DNA from: Candidatus Latescibacterota bacterium | Lineage (GTDB): Bacteria > Latescibacterota > UBA2968 > GCA-2709665 | Assembly: GCA_965203805.1 (NCBI GenBank) | Contig: OZ241917.1 | Location: forward strand, 3,424,001 to 3,488,000 | Reading direction: 5' to 3' | DNA length: 64,000 nucleotides | Shown: positions 10,393 through 19,228 of the stretch, in pieces | Position numbering within the stretch: the stretch's first letter is position 1 | How the letters are laid out: each line of letters begins with the position of its first letter | Notes under the pieces: generated by a model | Database searches by the model: none | Seen by the model: the letters and a program-made list of their open reading frames with translations, nothing else | What the model was told of the DNA's origin: nothing | Program-made: the position numbers and the translations under genes

Positions 10393-11073
10393 ATGAGTCG
10401 CACGATGAGCCGCGCCGCGCGGCTGAAGGGCATTGAATCCTATCTCTATCGATCCTCGAGCGGAAGGACAGCGACCGAGATCGCCGCGCGATTCGGCGTC
10501 CATCGAAGTTCGGTGTATCGTGACATTCGGTCGCTGGAGGAAGGGGGATCGCCGATATGGGAGGAAAACGGCCGGTTCGGCGTGGTAAAGGACTGGTATC
10601 TGACCACGGTCCAGGTGAATCTGCACGAGGCGCTGTCGCTCTATCTTGCGGCGCGCCTCCTCTCCGCGCACAGCGACGAACACAATCCGCACGTGGTGTC
10701 CGCCCTTGAGAAGCTCGCAACCGCAATGCCGGAATCCATCGGCGAACACATCAATCGCACCGCCGCGGCTGCCGACCAGCGCAAGCCCGATCCCGACCGT
10801 ATCCGCATTCTGGAGACGCTGACCCGCGCCTGGTCGGAACGCCGGCAGGTGCGTATGGTCTATCACAATCCGGAAACCGGCGCGACCACCAAACGCACGC
10901 TGGACCCCTATTTCATCGAGCCCTCACCCGTTGGCTACGCCTGCTACGTCATTGGGTACGACCATTTGCGGCGGGACATTCGCGAATTCAAGGTGGAGCG
11001 CATCGAGCAAGCTGAATTGCTGCAGACGGCTTACGAACCGCGCGGCGGGGAGCGCGTATGGCGGGAACGGTAG
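10393..11073 (+). CDS. HTH-WYL transcriptional regulator (no C-terminal WCX domain)
   Basis: HTH EIAARFGVHRSSVYRDIRSL; WYL core RTLDPYFI...CYVIGYDHLRRDIREFKVERI. Confidence 0.92.
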   Translation: MSRTMSRAARLKGIESYLYRSSSGRTATEIAARFGVHRSSVYRDIRSLEEGGSPIWEENGRFGVVKDWYLTTVQVNLHEALSLYLAARLLSAHSDEHNPHVVSALEKLATAMPESIGEHINRTAAAADQRKPDPDRIRILETLTRAWSERRQVRMVYHNPETGATTKRTLDPYFIEPSPVGYACYVIGYDHLRRDIREFKVERIEQAELLQTAYEPRGGERVWRER

Positions 11074-11408
11074 AGGAAAAACCGAACGGGCGCCCGAATC
11101 GTCTCCTTTGAAAAGCGCATCCCGCATCCCTCCCGCGCAATGGTTGTCGCATGTCAGTCCATCCGCCAAGGAGAGAGACCTCGACAAGATACAATACGTA
11201 ATAATGAGTCACCCAGGGCCTATCGTTCACGAGTTCATGACACTCCTCCGGCGATGGCGTCCTGGTCGGCCCCGGAGGACTACGGCTGGTCCGAAGGGGC
11301 CATTTTCACGTTTTTACACGATGCTCCACACCCCGCCCCGCCGGAAAATTTCCCACCATCACTTTAGTGGTTAGTCTGTCCTACGCTGCCCGTCATTCCG
11401 GATCGGTC

Positions 11409-11451
11409 AAGGAAAAGGCCCAGGGGTGTTTTGCCCCTGGGCCTTTTCCTT
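11409..11451. terminator. Strong, likely bidirectional terminator
   Basis: Perfect 18-bp stem aaggaaaaggcccagggg / cccctgggccttttcctt just past the stop of Cys-rich gene 2. Confidence 0.8.
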
Positions 11452-11465
11452 CCAGTGTTCCTGGC

Positions 11466-11678
11466 TCAATAATACCGATGCGTTGTCTTTGGCAACCCAT
11501 GTTCCTTGTAGGTATTCGTACACACGCCCTTTTCACAAAGCAACCCCGGCCGATCCGGTTTGTATCTCCCGTCACGGCATTTGTGGAACACGTTTGCGGG
11601 TTTGTCGCCATAGCTGCAATCAACGCAGACAATGCGCAGGAGATAACGGCAACACCACCACTTGAACAGACGGTTCAT
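11466..11678 (-). CDS. Small Cys-rich protein, 70 aa (paralog 2), function unknown
   Basis: AAGGGGG RBS before ATG 11678; MNRLFKWWCCRY...YKPDRPGLLCEK; paralog of 9909-10124. Confidence 0.8.
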   Translation of the reverse strand: MNRLFKWWCCRYLLRIVCVDCSYGDKPANVFHKCRDGRYKPDRPGLLCEKGVCTNTYKEHGLPKTTHRYY

Positions 11679-11703
11679 TTTACACCCCCTTGTGTGTTCG
11701 GGG

Positions 11704-11732
11704 ATGTTAAGACAATTAGCGGAAATTGTCAA
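11704..11732 (-). promoter_or_regulatory. Putative sigma70 promoter with palindrome, Cys-rich gene 2
   Basis: Minus strand TTGACA-N17-TAACAT containing GACAATT-N6-AATTGTC. Confidence 0.6.
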
Positions 11733-11826
11733 CCCTATAATTCAGATATATTGAAATTTCTGAATTTCTACTTGACAGATCTTCTCATTATTCAAATGAT
11801 AATGAGAAGAAAAGACCGGGCCAACG

Positions 11827-12288
11827 CTACTCGGTGAATTCGTACACGAGGTCCTCGCCGGACACGCCCGTGATCCGCAGCACAACCTCTCCCGGACCGG
11901 GACCGTAGAACGTCTGGTAGCGGGTCCTGACCAGGCCGAGATCAAAACTGATGGATTCCGTCGGATATGCCTCGCAGGGATCACCGTTCCCGTGATGGGC
12001 GAGGACGGCCGAAAGCTGCACCGGATCCGACTCTCTGAAGGACTTCGAGATCACCAGGGTGAAGACGTGTTTTCGGCACCCGCCGGAGTACGAGACCGAG
12101 AGGTTCAGTTGGTCTCCTTCAACGGCTGCCGAGTTTACGACGTAGGGGTCGTCACCGTAGTCCCGACCGTCGTCGACCACCACGCTGTTTTCAGAGACGA
12201 CCGGCTCAGTCGGAGATTCGCGGCAGCCCGATGCGGCGAGCATTCCGAGCAGGAGTGCGGGCAGGATGGCGCGGTTGAGATCGATCAT
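11827..12288 (-). CDS. Lipoprotein, NigD-C-like hypothetical
   Basis: GAGGAG RBS; lipobox LAASGC; YSGGC...H...DPCEAY motif. Confidence 0.75.
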   Translation of the reverse strand: MIDLNRAILPALLLGMLAASGCRESPTEPVVSENSVVVDDGRDYGDDPYVVNSAAVEGDQLNLSVSYSGGCRKHVFTLVISKSFRESDPVQLSAVLAHHGNGDPCEAYPTESISFDLGLVRTRYQTFYGPGPGEVVLRITGVSGEDLVYEFTE

Positions 12289-12411
12289 GTCGGTCTCCTC
12301 TGTGGTTTGATACGTATCCTGGAAAGTTAACCTTGATTCGTCATTTTTCGGGGACGTTAATTCGAATTTGTGCAAGTGAATAAAGGCGATTTAACTGCTG
12401 ATTTCAATGAA

Positions 12412-12469
12412 CCTTCAGGTCACTGGACGTGAACGGAAGAAATGTGCTTCCGGACGACCTTTTCGGCCC
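12412..12469 (-). promoter_or_regulatory. Conserved non-coding element, copy 1 (ECF promoter or structured leader)
   Basis: Close match to ~55653-55709; both lie upstream of minus-strand lipoprotein genes. Confidence 0.55.
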
Positions 12470-12646
12470 AATTCGAAAGGTTTTGTCGCGACGCCGCGTT
12501 GCTGAATCTGTCGCATTAAGGTTAAATTACGTGCATTACAAATAGTAATTAACGGCATATTTGCAAGTAAGACAAGCGCAGATGCTGTTGTCTGCTTATA
12601 AGTATGCCGTAAACCATTAATTATAAACCACGGCGGATCATCAAGG

Positions 12647-15166
12647 ATGCAGGCGCCCAAAAAAGGTGGCAGATCCGGCTTACTCCGATGGCCGCGCGAC
12701 GTCATTGCCGTCATATCGGCGCTTGCCGCGTTGCTGATCTACTTTCAGTACACGACGCTCTTCAAGTTCGCCGTACTCGGCCCAAGCCATCGGTACGAAA
12801 GCCCGGGCGCATTTCTGCAGGCCGTAAGAATGCAAGTCCCGCTGGATATCGCAGATGCGATTGTGGCGGGCCTGATCCTTGCCGCATTCGTCAGCATCAT
12901 CGTACTGGAACTCCGGAAGAAGCGACTTTCTACGTTTCTTGACAAGGTATTTGAAACCGAGAAACGGACACGCTTCGCGTTGTTTCTGATCTGCCTGTTT
13001 TGCGCCCGGTTCTATTTTGCCCGCGGAGGATTGGCATGGGCCGCTGATGCGAACTTCCATATCGGCTATGCCTGGATTGCCTTTCAGGCCTTCTCACAGG
13101 GCGAAATTCCCATCTGGACGAATTACTTCGGCACAGGAAGTACCTATTGCCAGTTCTATGGGTTTCTCTTCTTCTATCTGACCGGCGCGGTCAATCTGCT
13201 TTTTTCCGATCTGGAGTTCTCGCTGAAGTTCGTGATGGGCGTGAGCCATGTGCTTTCGGGGATCGGGATGTACCTGTTCGTAAGGACACTCTTCAACAGA
13301 CAGGCAGGCTTTATAGCGGCGCTGGCGTACGTGATGTGTGTCTGGCACACGCAGCAGGTCCTCATCATGGGGCGTTACCCGCTCTCGTTGTTTTATGCCG
13401 TGCTTCCCTTTCCGTTCTACTTCTTCGAGAGTCTGAGGATACGTTCGCATAAGTTGGCGTACGCCATGGGAGGCGGGCTGACCCTGGGCATGCTGGCCTT
13501 CACGCATCCGGGCTACGCTTTTTGGGCGACGGCGCTGTTAGCGCTTTACGTGTGCATTCGGCTTTGGATGGGCAGAGGCCGTCACGCGAACCGCCACGTT
13601 TGGCGGCACAGCTTCCTGCTGTTGATGGGAGGCCTGGCCTTCGGAGCGTATCTCACACTTCCGATGTGGTTGGAACGGGAAAACGTCGGACTGGACTCAG
13701 GGGTCAACCTGTCGGGCCTGCCGGATCCAACATGGAGTCAGCTTCTCGTCTGGTCCAACTATCGCTTCAGGCTGTTCTTCATTGAGACCAGACACTGGTA
13801 CGGCGGCTATCTGGGGCTGTCGCTCATCGCGCTGTCCCTGGCGGGTTTGGGTGGTTCGCTGCTGTTGAGAAGGCGTCACGGGAGCCCGCATCCGCACGGG
13901 TCCGCGGAACAGGCAGATTTCAAGATGACGTTGGCTGCAGACCTGCCATCGAAAACGTGGCCGGCAGTTGCATGCCTGGCGGTCTCCTTTTTCCTGGTTT
14001 TCGGGTATCGGTGGCCGTTGGGTTCCCTGAGCGTCGTTCAGGCATTCAACGCCGGACGATACCTGCTCTTTGTTGTCTTCTTCCTGTCCGTGACCGCCGG
14101 CGCGGGTACCGTCGCCCTCGTCCACCTTTGTCGCGGTCGGGGAACGGGCTTCCGAATTTTCACGGTTCTGCTGTTGGTCGTGGTCGCAGATCTGGCGCCG
14201 GCAACCTTTCAACAGCCCTATCTCCCCTACAGTGAGCTGAAACGACCTCAAATCGTTGGTGCCAAAGCAACCCATCTGCTGCGAAGCGAGGCTGCTCAGT
14301 TCCCGAACGGCGAAATTCCCAACTACCGGATCTTCTTTGCTACGGACACTGAATATCGTCCATTTTCCATCTCGTATCTGTCGATCAAGACGGGCCTGGT
14401 GACACTTCTGGGCCTATATAACGAAGCGCCACTCGCCACGAAATTCTTCTGTCATCCTCTGGAGAGATCTTTGAATTCCGCAATCAGGGAGGCGGAGAAA
14501 CTCGAATCTCCAGCAGCTTATGAATTCGGTCCTCTTGGAGATGGGCTTTACCTGTCGAACACAAAGCGCATCATGGCTCACGACGCCACTAAGAAAACAC
14601 TGTTGAACTGGACGATATCGGCTTCTTCCCCCGTGGTCGTCTCCTCGAGGATCGTGAACCGGGATCTCTCGGACTCGAACCATGCAGAGGATCAGGCTCA
14701 GATGGAATTATCGCTTCTCATAGAGGCGATGGGCGTTAACCAGCTGGACAACACATGTGACCGGATTCTATTGACAGGGTATACGGGCAGCTAAGACCTG
14801 GGGACATCGCCTTCCGTGCAGGTAGCTGAGCACCGAACGTGGAATCAACGCGTGGAGATGGTCATCCGCACCTCCAGCCCCTGCTTTGCCCGCCTGGCCT
14901 ATGCCTATTATCCCTATCTCAACGTTACCGTCAGCGGCGAGAAGGTCATGCCATACCAGACGGCCGGGGGGTTTATCGCTCTGCGTTTGAGCGAGGGAGA
15001 GCACCGCATTGTTCTGAATCCGGTCCTGTCTCCACTGAGACGTGGATTGCTCGTGCTGAGCCTGGCGTTCGTTGCCGCCTGCCTTACATGCTTCGGATGG
15101 AGGGCTCGCCACAGTGGGGTCATCCGACGACTCCTCCATAACAACGGCACGGCCCGGCGGAAGTGA
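12647..15166 (+). pseudogene. Polytopic membrane protein (PTPS-related/YfhO-like GT-C) split by in-frame TAA at 14792-14794
   Basis: ORFs 12647-14794 and 14816-15166 are in the same frame (..YTGS*DLGTSPSVQVAEH..); motif W..YFGTG...QFYG; C-terminal AYYPYLNVTVSG plus TM helix. Confidence 0.7.
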
Positions 15167-15189
15167 GGGTGCCTGCCGGACAGCAAGAA

Positions 15190-15750
15190 GCTTTCAGCGG
15201 TCAGCATTCGGCAGTCAGCCGTCAGCAATCAGCTTGAGTCAAAAGCGAGAATCAAAAACAAGAGTCAAATTCAACTCACACAGAGACACGAAGGCACGAA
15301 GAAAACCAAAGCGGCCAAGAGCGAACCGCCCCCAGCCCCGCAAACCTCTCCCCCCGGCCCCCTCTCCCGGGGGGAGAGGGGGAGACAACCTGCTTCAACG
15401 GGGCGACGATAAGGCCTGGCGACATGGCCTCCCTGATGCGCAGACCTATCCCCCCTGCCTGCCGAAAAACCACCGCCAGGCAGGGACCCTTTCCTATAAG
15501 GAAAGGGTAACGAACGCCACGTGATAGGATCCGGGGGTGACCCTTCCGTCGGGAAGGGCGTAGGTCTCGAAAAGGGTAGACGTGAGACGGGAGATGATGT
15601 CAGTGCCCTATGGTTTTTCCAGTCGTTACCATTTCGGCAAAAAAACAGGCACGGTTAGCGTGAAAACACTGTGGTAACGTTATCATCTACCCTCTCACCG
15701 CTTTCAGGTTTTCATTCTTCCTTTTTCCCGTCTACCTTCTTACCGCCTTT
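15190..15750. repeat. Mosaic repeat island (heptamer runs, CCCTCTCCC hairpin, family B core)
   Basis: Shares cctgatgcgcagacc...cctataaggaaagggtaacgaacgcc with the islands at 25, 28, 32, 41 and 46 kb. Confidence 0.85.
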
Positions 15751-15867
15751 AGAATCGTCGCCGTAAGTGTCCCGTGCCTGAAATATGTCGCCCTTCATCC
15801 GCGGATTCATCCCGTCTCGCTACGATGGGCCGAATCCACAGATAGCCTCTTCATTATACGGATTTTC

Positions 15868-15896
15868 TTGACAGCATCTCTAGATTTAGTTACAAT
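15868..15896 (+). promoter_or_regulatory. Near-consensus sigma70 promoter
   Basis: TTGACA-N17-TACAAT. Confidence 0.75.
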
Positions 15897-15901
15897 CTGG
15901 T

Positions 15902-15964
15902 ATCCTCCCTCCAGAAGAATCACTCTGGAGCCCCCGGATTCCCAAGTGGGTCCGGGTTTTTTTT
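15902..15964 (+). ncRNA. Candidate small RNA (~63 nt) with anti-SD motif
   Basis: Follows the promoter; atcctccctcc, hairpin ctccaga/tctggag, terminator cccggattc/gggtccggg plus T8; no start codon inside. Confidence 0.6.
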
Positions 15965-16047
15965 GTTATCCATCCGCGATAAGCCTCCCGGTGTCTCCAA
16001 TTCTCACTGCGCATAGCCACATGACGTGCCAGATCGGCGGCCGCATT

Positions 16048-16228
16048 ATGCCTTTATGGCATCATAGGAATAATGATATGTCATTTTGGCATATATCGCC
16101 CGGTAAGTTATCCCTATTGCATCGTTCAAGTGGTTTGATTCTGCCGGTGGATTTTCCCTAACTATTTATAATATATTTGGTTATGTTCATTACACATTGC
16201 GTGGGGCGTAATTGGCACGGGGCTTGCG
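16048..16228 (+). promoter_or_regulatory. sigma54 promoter (16212-16228) with two putative enhancer palindromes
   Basis: TTGGCACGGGGCTTGC = TGGCAC-N5-TTGC; atgcctttatggcat (16048-62) and atgtcattttggcat (16078-92); AT-rich tract between. Confidence 0.75.
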
Positions 16229-16328
16229 AATAGTTGTTGGCACAGGCTCGAGGGCGAGCAGGCAGCTCTCGAGACCCGAAAAAACAACCGTTCGTCGGGA
16301 AAACCGTTCATCCAAAGGAGGATTTACC

Positions 16329-16763
16329 ATGACACTCACCAGGTGGCAACCCAGGCGGCGCTTTGGCTTCGTGCCCGAGATCGACCGGTTCTTCGACAGC
16401 TTCTGGAGAGGCCCGCAGCACGACTTTCGCGCGCTGTCCACGTGGAGCCCGGCAACCGACGTGCAGGAGACCGATACGGACCTGCTGGTCCACGTTGAGC
16501 TTCCCGGCTTGTCCAGGAAGGACATCAAGGTCAACATGGAAAACGGCGTGTTGTCGATTCAGGGCGAAAAGCAGAACGCGTCGGAGGAGAAGGAGCATCG
16601 GCATCACGTCTCCGAGCGGACCTACGGCCGCTTCGCCCGGTCGTTCACGCTCCCGTCCGAGGTGGACGCGGAGAAGATCAAGGCCGGATTCGAGGACGGC
16701 GTGCTCACGTTGACGCTGCCGAAAACGAAGGCGTCGGTTGCGCGGGCAATCGAAATCGCGTGA
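16329..16763 (+). CDS. Hsp20/alpha-crystallin small heat shock protein
   Basis: AAGGAGG RBS; ELPG, ERTYGRFARSFTLP, FEDGVLTLTLPK. Confidence 0.96.
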   Translation: MTLTRWQPRRRFGFVPEIDRFFDSFWRGPQHDFRALSTWSPATDVQETDTDLLVHVELPGLSRKDIKVNMENGVLSIQGEKQNASEEKEHRHHVSERTYGRFARSFTLPSEVDAEKIKAGFEDGVLTLTLPKTKASVARAIEIA

Positions 16764-16784
16764 TCAGGCGTCACGTTGACAGAG

Positions 16785-16823
16785 AAAAAGAGACCGACGG
16801 AAACACTGTCGGTCTCTTTTTTT
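16785..16823 (+). terminator. Rho-independent terminator
   Basis: aaaaagagaccgacgg-aaaca-ctgtcggtctcttttttt. Confidence 0.9.
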
Positions 16824-17006
16824 ATGCGCCTCGAGAGATCAGCCATCAGCTATCAGCCGTAAGCTGTCAGCTAAAGGCGAAAACCAAAATCAAGATCCAA
16901 CCCTCCTCCCTGCCCCAATGGGAGAGGGGGAGGAAAACCGGCCTCACACGGAGGCATGAGCTGTCAGAAAAAAACAAAAAACGAATCCCGTGACGTCAGC
17001 GGTATA

Positions 17007-17100
17007 CGGACGTGCGGTTTTCCTGCATCCGGCTCTCGGACAAGGATTCATGCAGTCGGCCATGGGACGTTCTGTGGCGCCATCTCCAACTGGACCACGC
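17007..17100 (-). mobile_element. Group II intron remnant (ORF tail plus truncated domain V)
   Basis: Minus strand ...WPTA-TGA atccttgtcc GAGAGCCGGATGCAGGAAAACCGCACGTCCG; closing GTTC and domain VI absent. Confidence 0.7.
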
Positions 17101-17175
17101 GCACCCTATCGTAGATCGTCATGCAACTGCGAAACTGTCTATGAGTTGAAAACGAAGTCCAAAGTAACCCCCATT

Positions 17176-18228
17176 TTACCATTGACACTTTGCTGGATTC
17201 AAGTTCCTAATTCCTTTTGTTCCTGATTCACCAAGCACGACTTCGAAACAACCTCCATCCCCACTTCTCAGTAAAGGGTTTTCTATTTCTTTTCCATAGT
17301 GAAATCTATGTCTTGAGGCAAAGGTGTCAACTGGTCCCTCGACAAACCACCTTCCATGCCTTCTTCCATAATTCATCTCGCCCGAACCGATTCGTATCGT
17401 TGTATCCTCAATAGTGTGTCCCTCAACCAGTCGAATCTTACCATAAATGGTTGTGTGCAACTTTCCCTTGCCATGTGGTATCCGCCCTGGGCATTCACCA
17501 AACCAGGAAGCTATGATTTCTGCATTGTTATGATCCCACAAGTAACAATTGTCTGGTTCTTTTAATAACTTCCAACAAGGTTCCCGTTTATGTTCCTTTC
17601 CACAAATGTCCTCTGGACGAATGGTTAAGGGATTTATTAGTTTTCGTCCTATTTGAAGTGGGTCTTTCTGTCCCTTCTTTACAACCCGGACCGATTTTTT
17701 CGGCGTAGGTATTCTGTCAATTTCTAGTTTAAACCAAAACTGATACACTTCAAGTGCGCCATCTATCAAAAACACTGCTCGAAATCCCAATTCCGGTTCA
17801 TGAAATTTTCCGGTTGTTAATTGGCCTATCAACCATAGTCTACCAAATTCCCCAAAGGCCACTTTTTCATCTGGGTCTGATAAGTCCAATGCTTGACCAA
17901 CGGGGAGTATTCGAACGGGAAATAAGGTATCCTCAGTATCTCCGGTTTCGAACGGATCACCTGTAAAATCAGTCAGGTATGATTTTTCCTGAATATAGAA
18001 TATGTCTTGTTTTAAACGATTGCGAATTTCAATAGCCAATTGATCATTTTCTACCAAACGAAAACTGATGGTAAATGCTTCTGTTCTGAATCGCGGATAG
18101 ATCCCTTTTAAGATCTCACCCTTTTCCGGTAACGAAACAACTCGAATCAGATCCAAAGTTTGTACTGTATCTACAGTCGCACATCCGATTAATGTAAAAG
18201 CAGCCCACGCTCTTATCCAATAAGCCAT
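17176..18228 (-). CDS. AT-rich putative lipoprotein with Cys/Trp and MORN-like C-terminal region
   Basis: MAYWIRAWAAFTLIGC lipobox-like; CWK...CYLWD...SWFGEC...HGKG...RHGRW. Confidence 0.7.
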   Translation of the reverse strand: MAYWIRAWAAFTLIGCATVDTVQTLDLIRVVSLPEKGEILKGIYPRFRTEAFTISFRLVENDQLAIEIRNRLKQDIFYIQEKSYLTDFTGDPFETGDTEDTLFPVRILPVGQALDLSDPDEKVAFGEFGRLWLIGQLTTGKFHEPELGFRAVFLIDGALEVYQFWFKLEIDRIPTPKKSVRVVKKGQKDPLQIGRKLINPLTIRPEDICGKEHKREPCWKLLKEPDNCYLWDHNNAEIIASWFGECPGRIPHGKGKLHTTIYGKIRLVEGHTIEDTTIRIGSGEMNYGRRHGRWFVEGPVDTFASRHRFHYGKEIENPLLRSGDGGCFEVVLGESGTKGIRNLNPAKCQW

Positions 18229-18353
18229 GCTCACATACCCCTTATCAGTACTGGGGGCTCTATCGGCCCCTCTCCTTTTTCTCCTCACTTTGGTTTATTG
18301 ACTTTTGTCCACTCTTCAATGAAAACATCCGATTCGGATGCCTCTAACCCGAA

Positions 18354-18728
18354 CTATTCACGAGTTGTAATATCTTCACCCGCATAGTATCCCAAAGGTC
18401 TTTGTCTATTATATCCGGAACCTGCTACAGCGATATCTAAACGCCCATCACCATTTAAGTCCCCAATATCGAAATCCTGGGCAGTGAAGAAAGTTGTATG
18501 GTCCTCCCAAACCTTTTCCAACTCATCATCAATAATTCGAAACTGGGTCAAACCCGCGAAGGTAGATGGATTAAATTCACGTTTCCAAAAACAGATCAGA
18601 TTTTCAAAACCATTTTCGTATTTCCAGGCTACCTTAATTGTCCCTTCCGGAACATTGAAATGATGTGTCTCGGCCGAAAGGGAAGTGCTCCAGAATATCC
18701 CAACGAGAGCCAACACGAGTCGCATCAT
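18354..18728 (-). CDS. Short secreted protein with one FG-GAP/VCBS repeat (possibly truncated)
   Basis: AGGAGG RBS, signal peptide, DIGDLNGDGRLDIAVAG. Confidence 0.65.
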   Translation of the reverse strand: MMRLVLALVGIFWSTSLSAETHHFNVPEGTIKVAWKYENGFENLICFWKREFNPSTFAGLTQFRIIDDELEKVWEDHTTFFTAQDFDIGDLNGDGRLDIAVAGSGYNRQRPLGYYAGEDITTRE

Positions 18729-19228
18729 TAACCTCCTATATTAGTAATCTTAAGTAAATTCAGTTTTGTAATCAATAGACCGAACTGAAGCTACTGAGTC
18801 ATACGCTCAGGGGGTCGTCCTGGTAGCTGGTAAATCCGACTTATCGCCTGGGTGTCAAAATCGGTTTTAAATTAGACAGAAACGACGGTTTAAAAATGGA
18901 CACTTCCGTGTAAGATCGCTGCAATACGCAACGAAGCCCTGCCTGTGCTTATAGTAGGGATATCCACACATATCCCAAAAAGCACAGGAGGGCTCGTACC
19001 CATGATATTAAGGGAGATGTCCATGCAGATCAAGTATTTGAGTGATGTTAATGATCGCCCATATGCGGCCAATGCGGGATCGGCATAATGAGGCCAGCTG
19101 AAGATCGCCCTAATGGGGCCACTTCAGGATCGGCCTAATGAGGCCACCTGGGATGCGATAAAGGTTTCGGACTATCCGGCAACGGTTCTACCTTCTTTCT
19201 GTCTCCCCGACAGTCAGGAGGGAAGGAC

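Noticed and set aside
9909-11678. DGR template/variable repeat pair
   Set aside because: Differences are not adenine-specific and no reverse transcriptase is present.
9813-11837. Antisense ORFs 9813-10160(-) and 11367-11837(+) as the real paralog pair
   Set aside because: Much less amino-acid conservation than the Cys-rich frames; RBS, promoter and terminator all favour the Cys-rich strand.
14792-14794. Selenocysteine or pyrrolysine recoding
   Set aside because: The stop is TAA, not TGA or TAG.
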